A DNA stretch of 64,000 nt from an uncultured Gemmatimonadales bacterium (GCA_963851265.1 CAWKNZ010000002.1:832001-896000); one strand, 5' to 3'; counted from the stretch's first letter, positions 36,459 through 50,980 are shown. The notes: a model not told the origin generated them from the letters alone. Numbers and translations: made by a program.

Positions 36459-37070
36459 ATGCCTATCGGTGCTGCGCTTCGTCGCTCCTCTTCGTTGCCC
36501 GCTGTCGCGCGGCACCCGACCCGTGGCGCTCCGGGGGCGCGCCTCGTCAGGATGGGAGCGCTCGCAGTCGGCCTCGCCTGTGCACGCGCGTCGGCGGCTC
36601 AGGCAACGACACACGCGCCGCGCGCGCCCGCGGACACCGTTGCCCTTCTCGCGGAAGCGCGCGCGTTCATGGATGCGTACGGCCGCGACCTGCGCGCCGG
36701 AAACCGGGCCGCGCTCGGCGCCCGCTACGACACCTCGGGCGCCTATGTCGTGGGCATGGGGCACCGCGCCTTGCGCCGGTACGCCGACATCGCGGCGGGG
36801 TACGCGACCGTGCCCCCGCAGCGCATCACCTTCCGCGACCTAGCGTACGAGGCGCTCGGGCCGAGCGCGGTACTCGTGACGGGGCTGTTCGACGTCGCCG
36901 CCGACGACGGGGTGCGCGCGCCGCTCACGTTCGCGTACATCGGCGTGCTGCGGGGCGGCCCGGGTGGGCTCCGCATCCGGCTGGAGCACGAGTCGCCGGA
37001 CCCACGGGCCCTCGGGTGGCGGCCGCCGGACGCGTCCAAGCCCGCGCCGCACGACAGTACGCGGCCCTAG
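36459..37070 (+). CDS. Secreted NTF2/SnoaL-like (DUF4440-type) protein
   Basis: Signal peptide ending ASAAQA; FMDAYGRDLRAGNRAALGARY..LGPSAVLVTGLF..LRIRLEHES pattern; start uncertain. Confidence 0.6.
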   Translation: MPIGAALRRSSSLPAVARHPTRGAPGARLVRMGALAVGLACARASAAQATTHAPRAPADTVALLAEARAFMDAYGRDLRAGNRAALGARYDTSGAYVVGMGHRALRRYADIAAGYATVPPQRITFRDLAYEALGPSAVLVTGLFDVAADDGVRAPLTFAYIGVLRGGPGGLRIRLEHESPDPRALGWRPPDASKPAPHDSTRP

Positions 37071-37375
37071 CGGTCCGGTCGCGAGACGTCGTCGGCCGTG
37101 TCGCCTACCCGTGTTGCCTCGCGCATGATCGCCCGAACGAGCGAGGTCGCCCCGGGTCGGTCAGTCGGCGCGCCTTGCGGTCCGTGGTCACGGCGCCGTT
37201 CGCGGAGCCGCCGGCGTCGCGACTCGATTCGCTCTGGCGCGGTATCCTGCTGCTGCCATCGGTGCGCAGCATCCCGCCGGACGGAAAACGGGGCCAGGCC
37301 TCCGGACACGGCTGGCGAGCGCACGGGCGAAGTCGTAGTATCGGGGCGCTGTGCCGACCGAGTCACGCGGAACTG

Positions 37376-39922
<2,547 letters not shown>

Positions 39923-39975
39923 CGCCCCGACGTCCCGCCCCTCGACTGTCCCCCTCGTCCCCCCGCCGAAGTCCC

Positions 39976-41355
39976 ATGCCGCGTCGTCTCCCCTCGTATC
40001 TCCTGCTGCTCCCGGTCGTTCTCACCGCATGCGGCACGGCCGATACCGTTCCGCGTGCGGAGCCGACCGCCCCGCCGAGTGCTGCCCGCCAGAGCGCCGG
40101 CGCGCCCGACACCGACGCCGACCAGCGCATCCGAGCGCTGATCATCCAGATCTGGCCGACGGGTCTCGAGACGTCCGTGACCGCCCGGTGGACGACGATC
40201 ACGCGTGAGGTCGCCCGGTCGAGCGACGCCGCGCAGCAGGCGCTCGCGCGCCAGAACCTCACGGACCTCGTCTCGTGGATGCAACAGCATCAGTCGGCGA
40301 TCATCCCGCCGTCCGGCGACACGCGGGGGAGCGCGCTCACGCGGCTGGTGCTGTACATGTCCGCGTACGTCTACGGGCAGACGATCCCCGACGTGCCGCC
40401 GGGAACGGACGCCGCATTCGCCATCGTCAACCCTGGCCAGGATCCGCCGCCGATCGTCACCCCGACCGGCTACGCCGGCGTGGACCTGCCCGCCAACGCC
40501 GTCAACCAGGCGACCATAGTCGTGGTATCGCAACGGACCGCGACGTACGCCCTCTGCGCAGGACCGCTGCAGACCACGCTCTGCCAGCTGCCACGATATT
40601 ACACGTTCGACGAGTTCCCGCATGTGCGCCTGAACGCGCCGGCGGCGTTCGCGGTGTGCCATCTGCGCCCCGCGGGCCTGCCGTGGGACACCGACCCGGC
40701 GTTCGACGATGGGTTGCGGTTGGCACACACGCGCCCGGTGAACACGGCTGACTACACGCCAGGCGGAACCCAGGTCGACAGCGTCGAGCTCCTTCCGCTG
40801 GTCGAGGGGCTCTCATTCATCAACTGCGCGGCGCCCCCGACGACGACCGGCGCGCGCGGGCCGCTGCGGGCGGTTAGCGCGCTGCTCGCCGACGCGTGGT
40901 CGCTCGTCGCGCCGCGGACGGCGTGGGCCATCGACCTCGGCGGCGGTGGAGGGCTGTCGCTGTCCTTCAGTGATTTCGAAGTCGTCGACCCGCGCCGGAC
41001 GTACACGCTCTCGGAAGTCCGTCTGGACGCCTGCAACGCTGTCACGTTCGGATACTCCGTGAACGGTGTCGCCACGGATGTGGCACGAAAGGCGGCCGGC
41101 TGCGCCGCCCAGACCTTCCCGGGCGCCACCCTTCGGGTTCCGGCGACCGCCGACGTGCAGCTGTACCTCCGTGACGAAACGTGCGGGCGGACGTTCACGC
41201 AGGCCGGATCACACGGCGCCGTGACGGGGGCGAACCCGTACCGGATCGCCATCACGGACGCGGGCGGCGATTGCGAGTTCTCCCCGACGTCCTCGCGGCC
41301 GCCGGGCCAGGTGGGGAACCTGACCGTGACCGAGACGATCGGCGGACCTCCGTGA
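39976..41355 (+). CDS. Hypothetical lipoprotein with a possible ZU5-like domain
   Basis: Lipobox VVLTAC; IVTPTGYAGVDLPANAV..IVVVSQ..YTFDEFPHVRLNAPAAFAVC resembles the ZU5 pattern; Cys-rich C-terminal beta domain. Confidence 0.65.
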   Translation: MPRRLPSYLLLLPVVLTACGTADTVPRAEPTAPPSAARQSAGAPDTDADQRIRALIIQIWPTGLETSVTARWTTITREVARSSDAAQQALARQNLTDLVSWMQQHQSAIIPPSGDTRGSALTRLVLYMSAYVYGQTIPDVPPGTDAAFAIVNPGQDPPPIVTPTGYAGVDLPANAVNQATIVVVSQRTATYALCAGPLQTTLCQLPRYYTFDEFPHVRLNAPAAFAVCHLRPAGLPWDTDPAFDDGLRLAHTRPVNTADYTPGGTQVDSVELLPLVEGLSFINCAAPPTTTGARGPLRAVSALLADAWSLVAPRTAWAIDLGGGGGLSLSFSDFEVVDPRRTYTLSEVRLDACNAVTFGYSVNGVATDVARKAAGCAAQTFPGATLRVPATADVQLYLRDETCGRTFTQAGSHGAVTGANPYRIAITDAGGDCEFSPTSSRPPGQVGNLTVTETIGGPP

Positions 41356-41558
41356 TTCCGCTGGGCTCGGGCCACGTGTCCGAGCCCGACCGTTCGCCGC
41401 GCCTGGCGGGCGCGGTCACATGACCGCGCTTGACCACCGTGCCACCGGCCGGCCCCGGTCCTACGAGAGGGCGGCGCCGACCCACGCCCGCCGTCGCTGA
41501 CCGCCGCCGACCGGAAACGCTTCTCCGGACGGCGCTCGCTTCCGTCCACGTGAACCCG

Positions 41559-43073
41559 ATGCCCATCACGCTTTCGCCATCGCCGCTCGGTCGCACCTTC
41601 GCCGCGGTAGGCGGGGTCGTCCTTCTGGCCGCCGGTGCTTGCAGTCCGGACCGCGTCGCGTCGCCCTCGCCGGTCGCGGCGGTCCGCGCCGCCGCCAGCC
41701 GAGCCGTAGCGGGCGCGTCGGCGCCGATGGTCGTGAACGTCAGCGACGACACCACGGCGCAGAACGAGACGCCGCTCGCCGTGAATCCCCGGAACCCGGA
41801 CAACCTGCTGACCGGCGCGAACGACTGGAACTACAACGACGGCTGTGCGGTCAGCGCCAGCTTGGACGGCGGGAAGACCTGGACGCGCACGCTCCCGAAC
41901 GGCTTCCTCCCAGGCGTTACCCGGTACACGAACGACCCCGCCGTCGCCGGCACGGGCGCGTACGACTCCGGCGGTGACCCCGCCGTGGCATTCGGGCCCG
42001 ACGGCACGGCGTACTTCGCGTGCTTCGGATACCAGGCCGGCGCCCCGCACAACGTGGCCCTCCTCGTCAGCCGGTCGGTCGACGGCGGCCGCACGTGGCT
42101 CGCAGGTGGCAGCGCGCAGCCGCTGGCCCACGCGGCGGTGTGGCAGGGGCAGGGGATCTCGCGTGGGTCTACGGGGCAGTTCCCCGACCACGACGCGATC
42201 CACGTCGCGGGCGACGGCACGGTCTACGTGACCTGGGCGCAGTTCAACGGCCAGGGCACGCACTCGCCCGTGTACGTCGCGACCTCACGGGACGGCGGCC
42301 GTACCTTCTCGACCGCGCTCCAGGTCACGAGCGGCTCGGTGCGCAGCGACCAGGACCAGCGCATCGTCACCGACCCGCGGAGCGGCGTCGCGTATCTCAC
42401 GTTCGACAACTCGGTGCAGGGCGGAAAGGGCACGGCGATCTTCGTGAGCACGTCGGCCGACCGGGGGCGCAGTTGGAGCGCGCCCGTCCGGCTCGGCGCG
42501 TTTCAGAATCCGGTCTGCCTCTTTCCCCCCGGTTGCTTCAACATCAGTGGCGCGCCGTTTCGCGGCCCGGGCTCGTACCCAGTGCCCGCCGTCGACCCGA
42601 CCCGCAACCGGCTGTACGTGGCGTACACCGACATCGTCGGCGTGCCGGCGCGCGCGCAGATTCTGCTCACGTACGCGGACCTCGGGAACCTCGCGGTCTG
42701 GAGCACTCCGGCGGTCGTGGCGCCCGGGGCGGGGGACCGCATCAACGTCGAGATGAGCATCGAGCCGGGCTCCGGGCGCCTCGACGTCATGGCGAACGAC
42801 CGGAGCTGGAGCCACAACACCCTGTTCGACGTGACCTACCTCGGCAGCCGCGACGGCGGCGCGACCTGGGCGGCGCAGCGGGTCACGAGCGCGAGTTGGG
42901 ATCCGGCGCAGTACGGCGTGCCCGACGGATCGGCCGTGCGCCCGTTCATCGGCGACTACGACGGCATCGTATCGTTGCCGACGAGCGTGGGGATCGCGTG
43001 GACCGGGGCGGGACGGTCGACCGGCGCGCTCCCGACGAACCTCGAGATCTACTTCGGGCGCGTCACCCCTTGA
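41559..43073 (+). CDS. Sialidase-like BNR/Asp-box beta-propeller lipoprotein
   Basis: Lipobox LLAAGAC; Asp-boxes SLDGGKTW, SVDGGRTW, SRDGGRTF, SADRGRSW, SRDGGATW; FIGDY. Confidence 0.85.
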   Translation: MPITLSPSPLGRTFAAVGGVVLLAAGACSPDRVASPSPVAAVRAAASRAVAGASAPMVVNVSDDTTAQNETPLAVNPRNPDNLLTGANDWNYNDGCAVSASLDGGKTWTRTLPNGFLPGVTRYTNDPAVAGTGAYDSGGDPAVAFGPDGTAYFACFGYQAGAPHNVALLVSRSVDGGRTWLAGGSAQPLAHAAVWQGQGISRGSTGQFPDHDAIHVAGDGTVYVTWAQFNGQGTHSPVYVATSRDGGRTFSTALQVTSGSVRSDQDQRIVTDPRSGVAYLTFDNSVQGGKGTAIFVSTSADRGRSWSAPVRLGAFQNPVCLFPPGCFNISGAPFRGPGSYPVPAVDPTRNRLYVAYTDIVGVPARAQILLTYADLGNLAVWSTPAVVAPGAGDRINVEMSIEPGSGRLDVMANDRSWSHNTLFDVTYLGSRDGGATWAAQRVTSASWDPAQYGVPDGSAVRPFIGDYDGIVSLPTSVGIAWTGAGRSTGALPTNLEIYFGRVTP

Positions 43074-43094
43074 TGCCGCTGCGGCGGTAAGACT

Positions 43095-45185
43095 TCACCC
43101 GGCCGTCGCACCGGTGCCCAGCGCCCGAAGACTGGCCGCCAGCGCGTGGTCGAGGAATCGGCCGAAGAGGGCGAGCGCCGCCTCGACGTCCACTTCCGGG
43201 CCCCCGCTCACGCGGCGGCGAACCGCGGCGGCCAGCTCCTCGTGTAGAATCTCGAACTCGCGCCGCACCTCGGCGGCCGACCATCCGAGCCGCGCGCGCT
43301 GCGCCCCGTGCCGCTCGGCGATGAGGCGCTGGATCGCGGTCCCGTCGCGAAGGTCCGCCGATGGCGCGCCGCGTGCCGCCTCGATCGCCGAAAGGCACTG
43401 CGCCATGTCGGCGAGGAACGTCACCGTATGGTCCTCGAGTTGGGCGTCGTTCAACGCGTGCGCACTCGGCACGGCCGGATCACGCCGCAGTCGCTCTGCG
43501 TAGCCGGTGAGCACCCGCTCGACCTCGTCCAGCGCGGCGTCGCCGATCAAGCCGAGGCCGCGGGCGTACCGGCTCGGGCCACGCCGCTCGGTGGCGGGCA
43601 CCGGCGGGAGCGCGTCCGGGTCGGGCGCGGGGAGCCAGACGAAAAACGTCGATCCTTCACCCGGCGCGCTGCGCGCAGTCACATCGCCGCCCATCAGACG
43701 GGCGAGCTGGCGCGTGATCGCGAGCCCGAGTCCCGTGCCACCAACCGGATTGTTGCTCCGGCGCCCCACCTGCACGTACGGCTCGAAAGCCTCGGCGAGG
43801 TGCTCGGAGGCGATACCGATGCCGGTATCTTCGACGCGGAAGTAGGTCCACCCGTGCGGCGCCGCCCCGGGGCGGACCGCGGCGTCCGGGGTCGCGTTCC
43901 GCGCCCCGCCGCAGGTGAGCGTGACGCGCCCGCCGGGCGCCGTGAACTTGACCGCATTCGTGAGCAGGTTCACGAGCATCTGCTCGACCCGATCGGGGTC
44001 GCCCACGTACGCGTCCGCCGCGTCCAGTGGGCAGGCGTTGGTGACCCGGACCCCGCGCGCCTCGGCCTGTGGCTCGACGAGCGTGCCCGCGGCCGCCGCG
44101 GCCGTCGCGGCGCGCGCCGGGCGCGGACGAAGCTCGACCTGCCCGGCCTCGAGCTTGGCGAGGTCCAGAACCTGGTTCACGACGCCGAGGAGGTGCCGCC
44201 CGCTCAGCCGCACGCGCTCGAGGTACAGGCGCTGCTGCGACGTGAGCGGGCCCGGGATCCCGAGATCGAGGAGGTCGACGTAGCCGATGATCGCATTGAT
44301 CGGCGTACGGATGTCGTGGCTCGTCGCGGCGAGCGCCTGGCTCTTCGCTCGGTTGGCCGCCTCGGCGGTTGCCTTGGCCTCCGCGAGCGCCGCTTCTGCA
44401 CGTTTTCGCGACGTGACGTCGCGGAGGATCGTGGCCGCGCTCACAGGGCGCCCCGTTTCGTCGAGCACCGGGGAGACCGTGAGGGAGACTTCGATCCGGC
44501 GGCCGTCCCGGCGGAGCCGCACCGTGTCGTACGACGCGACGCGCTCGCCGCGCCCGACGCGCTCGAGAATGCCGCGCTCCTCCTCGTGGAGTTCGGGCGG
44601 GATGATCAGCGCAACGGGTCGGCCGACGGCCTCGGCCGCCGGGTAGCCGAGCAGGCGCTCGGCCGTGGCATTCCAGCTCAGGATGCGCTCGCCGTCCAGC
44701 GCCTTGGTCAGAATTGCGTCTTCCGACGACTCGACCACGGCCGCGAGGCGCGCCCGCTCGGCCTCGAGCGCTTTCCGCTCCGAGATGTCCTGCACGACGC
44801 CGATGAAGTAGGCCGGTCGGTGCTCCGCGTCACGTACGAGGGACACGGTCAGCGCCGCCCAGACGAGCGATCCGTCGGCCCGGACGTAGCGCTTGTCCAT
44901 GCGGTAGTGCTCGACCTCGCCGGCGAGCAGGCGCGCGACGTGCCGCTCGTCCTCGGCGAGGTCGGGCGGGTAGGTAACCGCCTGAAAGGTGAGCGCCGCG
45001 AGCGCGTCGGGCGGGTAGCCGAGGATCTCGGCCAGGCGGAGGTTGAAGCGAAGCCAGCGGCCGTCGAGCCCCACGTGCGCCATTCCGACCGGCGCGCGCT
45101 CGAACGTCGCCCGGAAGCGCGCCTCGCTGTCCGCGAGGGCGTGTAGCGTGGGCGAGCCGTGCGGCGGGTCCTGGCCCGCTCTCAC
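43095..45185 (-). CDS. PAS-PAS sensor histidine kinase with a C-terminal RsbRD-N-like domain
   Basis: Two PAS/PAC domains, SHDIRTPINAIIG H-box, NLLTNAVKFT, VEDTGIGI, GGTGLGL; tail HGAQRARLGWSAAEVRREFEIL; start uncertain. Confidence 0.85.
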   Translation of the reverse strand: MRAGQDPPHGSPTLHALADSEARFRATFERAPVGMAHVGLDGRWLRFNLRLAEILGYPPDALAALTFQAVTYPPDLAEDERHVARLLAGEVEHYRMDKRYVRADGSLVWAALTVSLVRDAEHRPAYFIGVVQDISERKALEAERARLAAVVESSEDAILTKALDGERILSWNATAERLLGYPAAEAVGRPVALIIPPELHEEERGILERVGRGERVASYDTVRLRRDGRRIEVSLTVSPVLDETGRPVSAATILRDVTSRKRAEAALAEAKATAEAANRAKSQALAATSHDIRTPINAIIGYVDLLDLGIPGPLTSQQRLYLERVRLSGRHLLGVVNQVLDLAKLEAGQVELRPRPARAATAAAAAGTLVEPQAEARGVRVTNACPLDAADAYVGDPDRVEQMLVNLLTNAVKFTAPGGRVTLTCGGARNATPDAAVRPGAAPHGWTYFRVEDTGIGIASEHLAEAFEPYVQVGRRSNNPVGGTGLGLAITRQLARLMGGDVTARSAPGEGSTFFVWLPAPDPDALPPVPATERRGPSRYARGLGLIGDAALDEVERVLTGYAERLRRDPAVPSAHALNDAQLEDHTVTFLADMAQCLSAIEAARGAPSADLRDGTAIQRLIAERHGAQRARLGWSAAEVRREFEILHEELAAAVRRRVSGGPEVDVEAALALFGRFLDHALAASLRALGTGATAG

Positions 45186-45657
45186 GCAGACACTCGCGAA
45201 ACGCCGTCGCGCGGCGGGGTGGGGCGCCCGGGTGCTCGCCCGTCCTGCGGCCGACGGAATACAGATACCGCGTCGATGGCTCGTATCACGAACACGCTCC
45301 CGATTCGATGAGCGGGGCCGGAAATGCAGACCGCTTGCCACCGCGCCGCAGTCCGGCGCCGCGCAGTCCGGTCGCGTGTGACGCGGATGCGTGCGGGCGC
45401 GAAGTGCCGTTGCCGTCGCCCCAGCCGTCTCGGTGACGCTCCGCTGCGCCGCCGCGTCTTGTGTCGGGTGCCGCCTCTGGTCGATACGTTCGACGGCGGG
45501 GTGCGCGGGTCCGGCGTGGCTTGGGTGTGGGCGGGTGGCGGGATGGGGCAACGCGGGTCGTTTGGGCCGCGCAGGTTGCCCCGCCGTGATCGGCGCCGTG
45601 CGGTGGGAGCGCACGGCGCCGACGTCATGGTCCCCCGCCATCCCACCACACTGTCGC

Positions 45658-48571
45658 ATGACGAGCCTCCCCGCCGAACCTGTCAGCTCCGTGACCACCA
45701 CGCGACCCGCGCTCGCCGGCCGCGTCGATGCGTGCCCCGATGCCCGCATCGTGGTCGATGCCGATGCCGTGTTGCGCTTCGCGAGCCCCGCAATGCTCCG
45801 AACGTTCGGCTACGAGCCCGAGGCGCTCGTCGGTACACGGGCGGACACGCTGGTCCACGCCGATGACTGGCCGGCGGCACTCGCGGCGATCACGCACGCC
45901 CGGCTGCAGCCGGGGACCACCCAGACCGCCGAGGTCCGCGTGCGCGACGCCGCGGGCGTACTGGCGACTCTGCGAGGCCGTCGGCCGTACGGGCGGCCCG
46001 GGCGTGTCGCTCTCCGGAGTCGTCGTCACGCTCCGCGACGTGACCGCGTGGCGCGAAGCGGAGTCGGCGCTCCGGACGAGCGAGGCACGCTTTCGCGCGC
46101 TCATCGAGCATGCCCAGGACGTGGTGGGAATCGTGGGCCTCGACGGCGTGGTGCAGTATGAGAGCCCCGCCGTCGAGCGGGTACTCGGCGTCACACCGGA
46201 GGCGCTCGTCGGTCGTGAGGTGACGGACCTCGTGCACCCCGACGACCTGCCGGCCGTGACGGCCGCGCTCGCGGCGCTGGCGCGAGCTCCGGGGAGCACG
46301 GTACCGGTCGCCTATCGGACCCGGCACGCGGACGGTTCGTGGCGCATGCTCGAGGGCGCGGCGTGGAACCTGGCGAACGACCCCGCCGTCGGCGGGGTGG
46401 TGGTCAACGTCCGCGACGTCACGGACCGTGCGGTTTCCGAGGCCGCGCTCCGTCGCAGCGAGGAGCGCTTCCGCGCGCTCAGTGCGTCGTCGCCGGTCGG
46501 CATCTTCGAGGCTGACCACGACGGCCACCTGACCTACGTGAACCCCCGGATGGAACAGATCTGGGGCGTGTCGGACGTCGAGCTGTTAGGCGACGGCTGG
46601 ACGGTGCGCGTGCACCCGGACGAGCGACCGACGGTGGTCGAGGGCTGGCGGGCCGCGCTGGCCGCGCATTCGGAGTACGAAGTCGGCTTCCGGGTCCTGC
46701 ACGCGAGCGGGGAGACCCGGTTCGTTCGGGGTCACGCCGCGCCACTCCGGGACGCCACCGGCGCCGTGGTCGGCGCGGTCGGTACGATGAAGGACCTGAC
46801 GCCTCGGTGCCGCGCCACGGAGGCGCTCGCGGAAAGTGAGGCGCGCCTCCGGCTCGCGCTGAGCGCCGGTCGCATGGCCGTCTGGGAGTTCGATCTCCAA
46901 ACCGAGGCGATGCGGCCGGATGTCGCGTGCGAAGACCCGAACCCGGCAACCGGCGAGGTTCCCGACGACTTGGGGATTCCCGCGACGTTCGCCGCGTTCC
47001 TGAACGGCATCCATCCGGACGACCGCGCGCGGATCGAGAGCGCTGGCGCGCACGCCCTGGCGACCGGGGCGGACATCGAGGAAGAGTTCCGGGTCGTGCT
47101 CCCCGACGGCGCCGTGCGGTGGCGTCACATTCGGGGGCGCGCGGTGGCGGGACCGGGCGGCGGGCCCGCGCGCCTGGTCGGCGTCGGCACCGACACGACG
47201 GACCGGAAGTCCCTCGAAGAGTCATTGGTACATCAGGCGCGCCACGACGCGCTGACCGGATTGGCCAACCGCACGCTCTTCCGGGAGCGCGTCCTGCGCG
47301 CGCTTGCGGACACGTCGGCGACCGGCGCACCGGTGCACGGCCGCGGAGGCGACCGGTTCCCGGCGGTGCTGCTCGTCGATCTCGACAACTTCAAAACGGT
47401 CAACGATTCGCTCGGGCACGCGGCCGGCGATCACCTGCTCACCGTGGCCACGGCGCGGCTGCTCGACGCCACCCGCGGCTCCGATACCGTGGCCCGGCTG
47501 GGCGGGGATGAGTTCGCGATCCTGCTCGACGGCGTGCGCGACCATTCCGAGGCGGCGGTGGTATCGGACCGCGTCGTCGCCGCGCTCACGGCCCCATTCG
47601 CGCTCGACGGCCGCGACGTCCGCGTCGGAGCCAGCGTGGGCATCGCGTTCGCGCGCGCGGGCGACGACCCCGAAGCGCTCCTCCGGAACGCCGACCTCGC
47701 GCTGTACCGCGCGAAGGCGGCGGGGAAGGGCCGCTCCGCAACGTTCGTCCCGGCGATGCACGCCGCAGCCGTCGAGCGCCTCGAACTCGAGGCCGAGCTG
47801 CGGTGCGCCGTCGCTAACGGCGACCTGACCGTACACTACCAACCCGTCGTATCGCTCGAGACGGGCGCGGTGACCGGTGCCGAGGCGCTGGTCCGGTGGC
47901 CGCATCCGGAGCGCGGGCTCGTCCCGCCGTCGACCTTCATCCCGATCGCCGAGTCGGCGGGGCTGATCGTGCCACTCGGCGGGTGGGTGCTCGAAGAGGC
48001 GTGCCGCGCGGCCGCGGGGTGGGCGACGGCGGGCATCGCCGGCGCGGATGCGTTGACCGTCGCGGTGAACGTCTCGGCGCTCCAGTTCCAACACCCGACC
48101 TTCGTTCGGGACGTGGAAGCCGCCGTCGTGGCCTCGGGGCTCCCACCATGCCGCCTGGTGCTGGAGGTGACCGAGAGCGTCGTGCTTTCCGACCTCGACG
48201 CGGCGATCTGCCGGCTGGAGGAGCTGCGCGCGCTCGGCGTCGGCCTCGCGCTCGACGATTTTGGGACCGGGTACTCCTCGCTCGCGTACCTCCAGCGGCT
48301 GCCGCTGGATGTGCTCAAGATCGACCGCGCGTTCATCGCCGAGCTGTGCGCGGACGGCAAGAGTGCAGCGCTCGCGCGCGCTGTCGTCACGTTCGCCGAC
48401 GCGCTGGAGCTGCGCACCGTGGCGGAGGGGGTCGAAACAGCGGCCCAGCACCTCGAGCTCGCGCGACTCGGCTGCGGCTTCGGGCAGGGCTACCTCTACT
48501 CCCGGCCGCTCGAGCCGGCGGCACTGGTCGAGTACATCCGGGCACACCATCCCCGCGTCCTCACCAAGTGA
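45658..48571 (+). pseudogene. PASx4-GGDEF-EAL c-di-GMP enzyme with a frameshift near 45958; pseudogene, internal restart or sequencing error
   Basis: First PAS starts in the 45391 frame (VVDADAVLRFASP..EVRVRDAAG) and continues in the 45728 frame (YWRLCEAVGR..RDVT); intact RLGGDEF, AEALVRW, DDFGTGYSSL. Confidence 0.82.
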
Positions 48572-48614
48572 ACGCGCGTTGGGTCGGCGATGCGCCGGCC
48601 CAACGCGCGTTCAC
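48568..48614. terminator. Long hairpin overlapping the GGDEF-EAL stop codon
   Basis: GTGAACGCGCGTTGGGTCGGCG-atg-CGCCGGCCCAACGCGCGTTCAC, a 22-bp stem with one G-U pair. Confidence 0.6.
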
Positions 48615-48871
48615 GGGAGCGGTCTGGAATAGGCTGTTCCGCCCCGGCTCGATCGAGGTAGCCCGGTGGCTCGGCACCGCTCAGTTCGACCGCGCCGGCC
48701 GCGAGTTCCGCCGCGCGCGCTCGCTCCGGAGAGCGGTCATGCCGCGCCCGGCGCGCAGGCACGCCTCATCACCGTCGCCTGCCTCCTGCGGCGCCCGACC
48801 GTCCGACGGTGCGGAGCGCCGCACGGTCGGACGGGGGTTGCTCGAAACGCGGAGTCGGTCAGCCGAACGTC

Positions 48872-50980
48872 CTAGGTTCGCAGCCGGCTCGGGCTCGGGG
48901 TGAAACGAGCACCGGCATCGGCGAGCACGCCGGTGCGACGGCGCGTCCGGCCCGGGACGGCGGCCGGTGCTGCGACCACCCGGCCCGCGGTCTCGGGCAG
49001 CGCCGTGATCGGCGCGACCGCGATCGCCGCGGCCGCGGTCTGGGCGTCCTCGATGATGAACTGGTCGACGAGGCGGCGGAGCGTCTCCGCCTCGCTCGAG
49101 AGCGCGGCACCGGCCGCGGCCGACTGTTCGGCGTTCGCGGCGGCCTGCTGTGTGACAGCGCTCACCTGCTCGACGGCGGCGCTGATCTGGGCGACACCGT
49201 CGGCCTGCTCACGCGCCCCGGCCGCGATCTCCGCGACCACCTGTGAAACCCGCTCCATCCGCCCATCGATTCCGCGCAGCGCCCCGAGCACGTCCGCGTT
49301 GAGCGCCACGCCGTCGCGCGCCCGGTCCGCCGCCGTGCCGACGAGCGCCGCGGTCCGCTGTGCAGCGTCCGCGCTTCGCCGCGCGAGGGCGCGGACCTCG
49401 TCCGCCACCACGGCGAAGCCGCGCCCCGAGTCGCCCGCGCGCGCCGCTTCGATCGCGGCGTTGAGCGCGAGCAGGTTCGTCTGGAACGCGATCTCGTCGA
49501 TGGTCTTGACGATCGCCGCCGACGCGTCGGTCGCCTCGCGGATACCGTCGACGGCGTGGGCGAGGGCGTCCACCGCGGCCACGCCGCGCACCGAGTCGGC
49601 CCGCGCCTCGTCGGTCAGGCGCTGCGCGGCGTCGGTCCGCAACGCGCTCTCCTTCGCCGTCGCGGCGAGTTCGTGCAGGCCCGACGCGATCTCCTCGACG
49701 CTCGCCGCCTGCTCCGACGCACCCGACGCCAGAAGTCCGCCGCTGCTCGCGACTTGCGCGCCCGCAGTGCTCACCCGCTCCGCGGAGGCCGCCACGCCGG
49801 TGAGTGCATGCTGGAGCGCCGCGCCCGCGGCGTTCACGGCTTCCGCGACGCGCGCGAACGCGCCGACGTACGCGCCGGTCATACGCGCCGTGACGTCCTG
49901 CGCGGCGACGCGCTCGAGAACGGCGGTCGTGTCGCCGAGCGGAGTCGCGACGGCCTGAAGCAGGGCGTTGGTCCCCCCGACGAGCGCGGCGTAGCTCCCC
50001 TCGAAGCGCTCGTCCGTGCCGCGCGCGTCGAGGTGCCCGTCACGGGCCGCGGCGACGAGCGCGTCGGTCTCGCGCAGCACGCCGGCCACCGCGTCCTGCG
50101 CCCTGGCGAACGCCGCGACGGTGGCTTGCGTCTGGGTGATGATGCCGTCCACCGCGTGCGCGAGCGCGGCGACCTCGTCGCGACCCGTGTCGTGGAGCTT
50201 CGGCGTTCGCGCGGCGAAGCGAACCGTCAGGTCGCCGCGTGCCATGGCCTCGCTCGCCTCGCCGAGGTGTGTGATGCAGGCGCGGCGGAGCTGCTCCGTG
50301 CGCTCCACCAACTGGGCGAGCGGCCGAGCGATGCTTCGCGTGCAGACGACGGCCGCGGCGATCGCGAGCAGGAGCGCGAGTGCCGTGAACGCGGCGACCG
50401 CGGCGACGCCGGACGTCGCCGTCGAGTCGGCAGCTGCGGCGGCGGTGGTCACGCGTGCGGTTACGGTCGCCCGAAATGCGTCAATCGCACTCTGGTAGGT
50501 CAGGAGCGTCGGGACGACGCGTTCGGCATAAAACGAAGCCGCGGCAACGTCGTGTCCGGCAGCGTGCAGCTTGAGAACGCTGTCGAACGCCGCCACGTGT
50601 GGTACGCGGGCCGCCGTGATGCGCGCGAGCGCCTGCCGGTCCGCGGGGGTGGTGGCCAGTGTGTCGAGCCGCGCGAGGGCCGCGTCGATCCGGGCGCGCG
50701 CCTCGCCGGCGCGGGTGCGGGCCGCGCCGACCTGGGCGGAATCGCGGATGACGAGGAGCGAGAGCTTGGTCCGCGCCGAGGCGTTCGTCGCGGCGGTCAG
50801 GTCGGCGAGCGCGACCGACGTCTTCCACGTGCGGCCGCTGAGCTCTCCTGTGAGGTTGCGCAAGGCCGCGAGCCGGCCGGCACTGATGCCCGCGACGGCG
50901 AGGAGAAGCGCGGCGACCAGGGCGAAGCCGCAGGCGAGGCGCGGCCCGATCGGGAGCGCCCGGAGCGAAGGGCGGGGCAT
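48872..50980 (-). CDS. Methyl-accepting chemotaxis protein
   Basis: TM, four-helix sensor, TM, HAMP(s), [40 protein letters not shown]. Confidence 0.93.
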   Translation of the reverse strand: MPRPSLRALPIGPRLACGFALVAALLLAVAGISAGRLAALRNLTGELSGRTWKTSVALADLTAATNASARTKLSLLVIRDSAQVGAARTRAGEARARIDAALARLDTLATTPADRQALARITAARVPHVAAFDSVLKLHAAGHDVAAASFYAERVVPTLLTYQSAIDAFRATVTARVTTAAAAADSTATSGVAAVAAFTALALLLAIAAAVVCTRSIARPLAQLVERTEQLRRACITHLGEASEAMARGDLTVRFAARTPKLHDTGRDEVAALAHAVDGIITQTQATVAAFARAQDAVAGVLRETDALVAAARDGHLDARGTDERFEGSYAALVGGTNALLQAVATPLGDTTAVLERVAAQDVTARMTGAYVGAFARVAEAVNAAGAALQHALTGVAASAERVSTAGAQVASSGGLLASGASEQAASVEEIASGLHELAATAKESALRTDAAQRLTDEARADSVRGVAAVDALAHAVDGIREATDASAAIVKTIDEIAFQTNLLALNAAIEAARAGDSGRGFAVVADEVRALARRSADAAQRTAALVGTAADRARDGVALNADVLGALRGIDGRMERVSQVVAEIAAGAREQADGVAQISAAVEQVSAVTQQAAANAEQSAAAGAALSSEAETLRRLVDQFIIEDAQTAAAAIAVAPITALPETAGRVVAAPAAVPGRTRRRTGVLADAGARFTPSPSRLRT

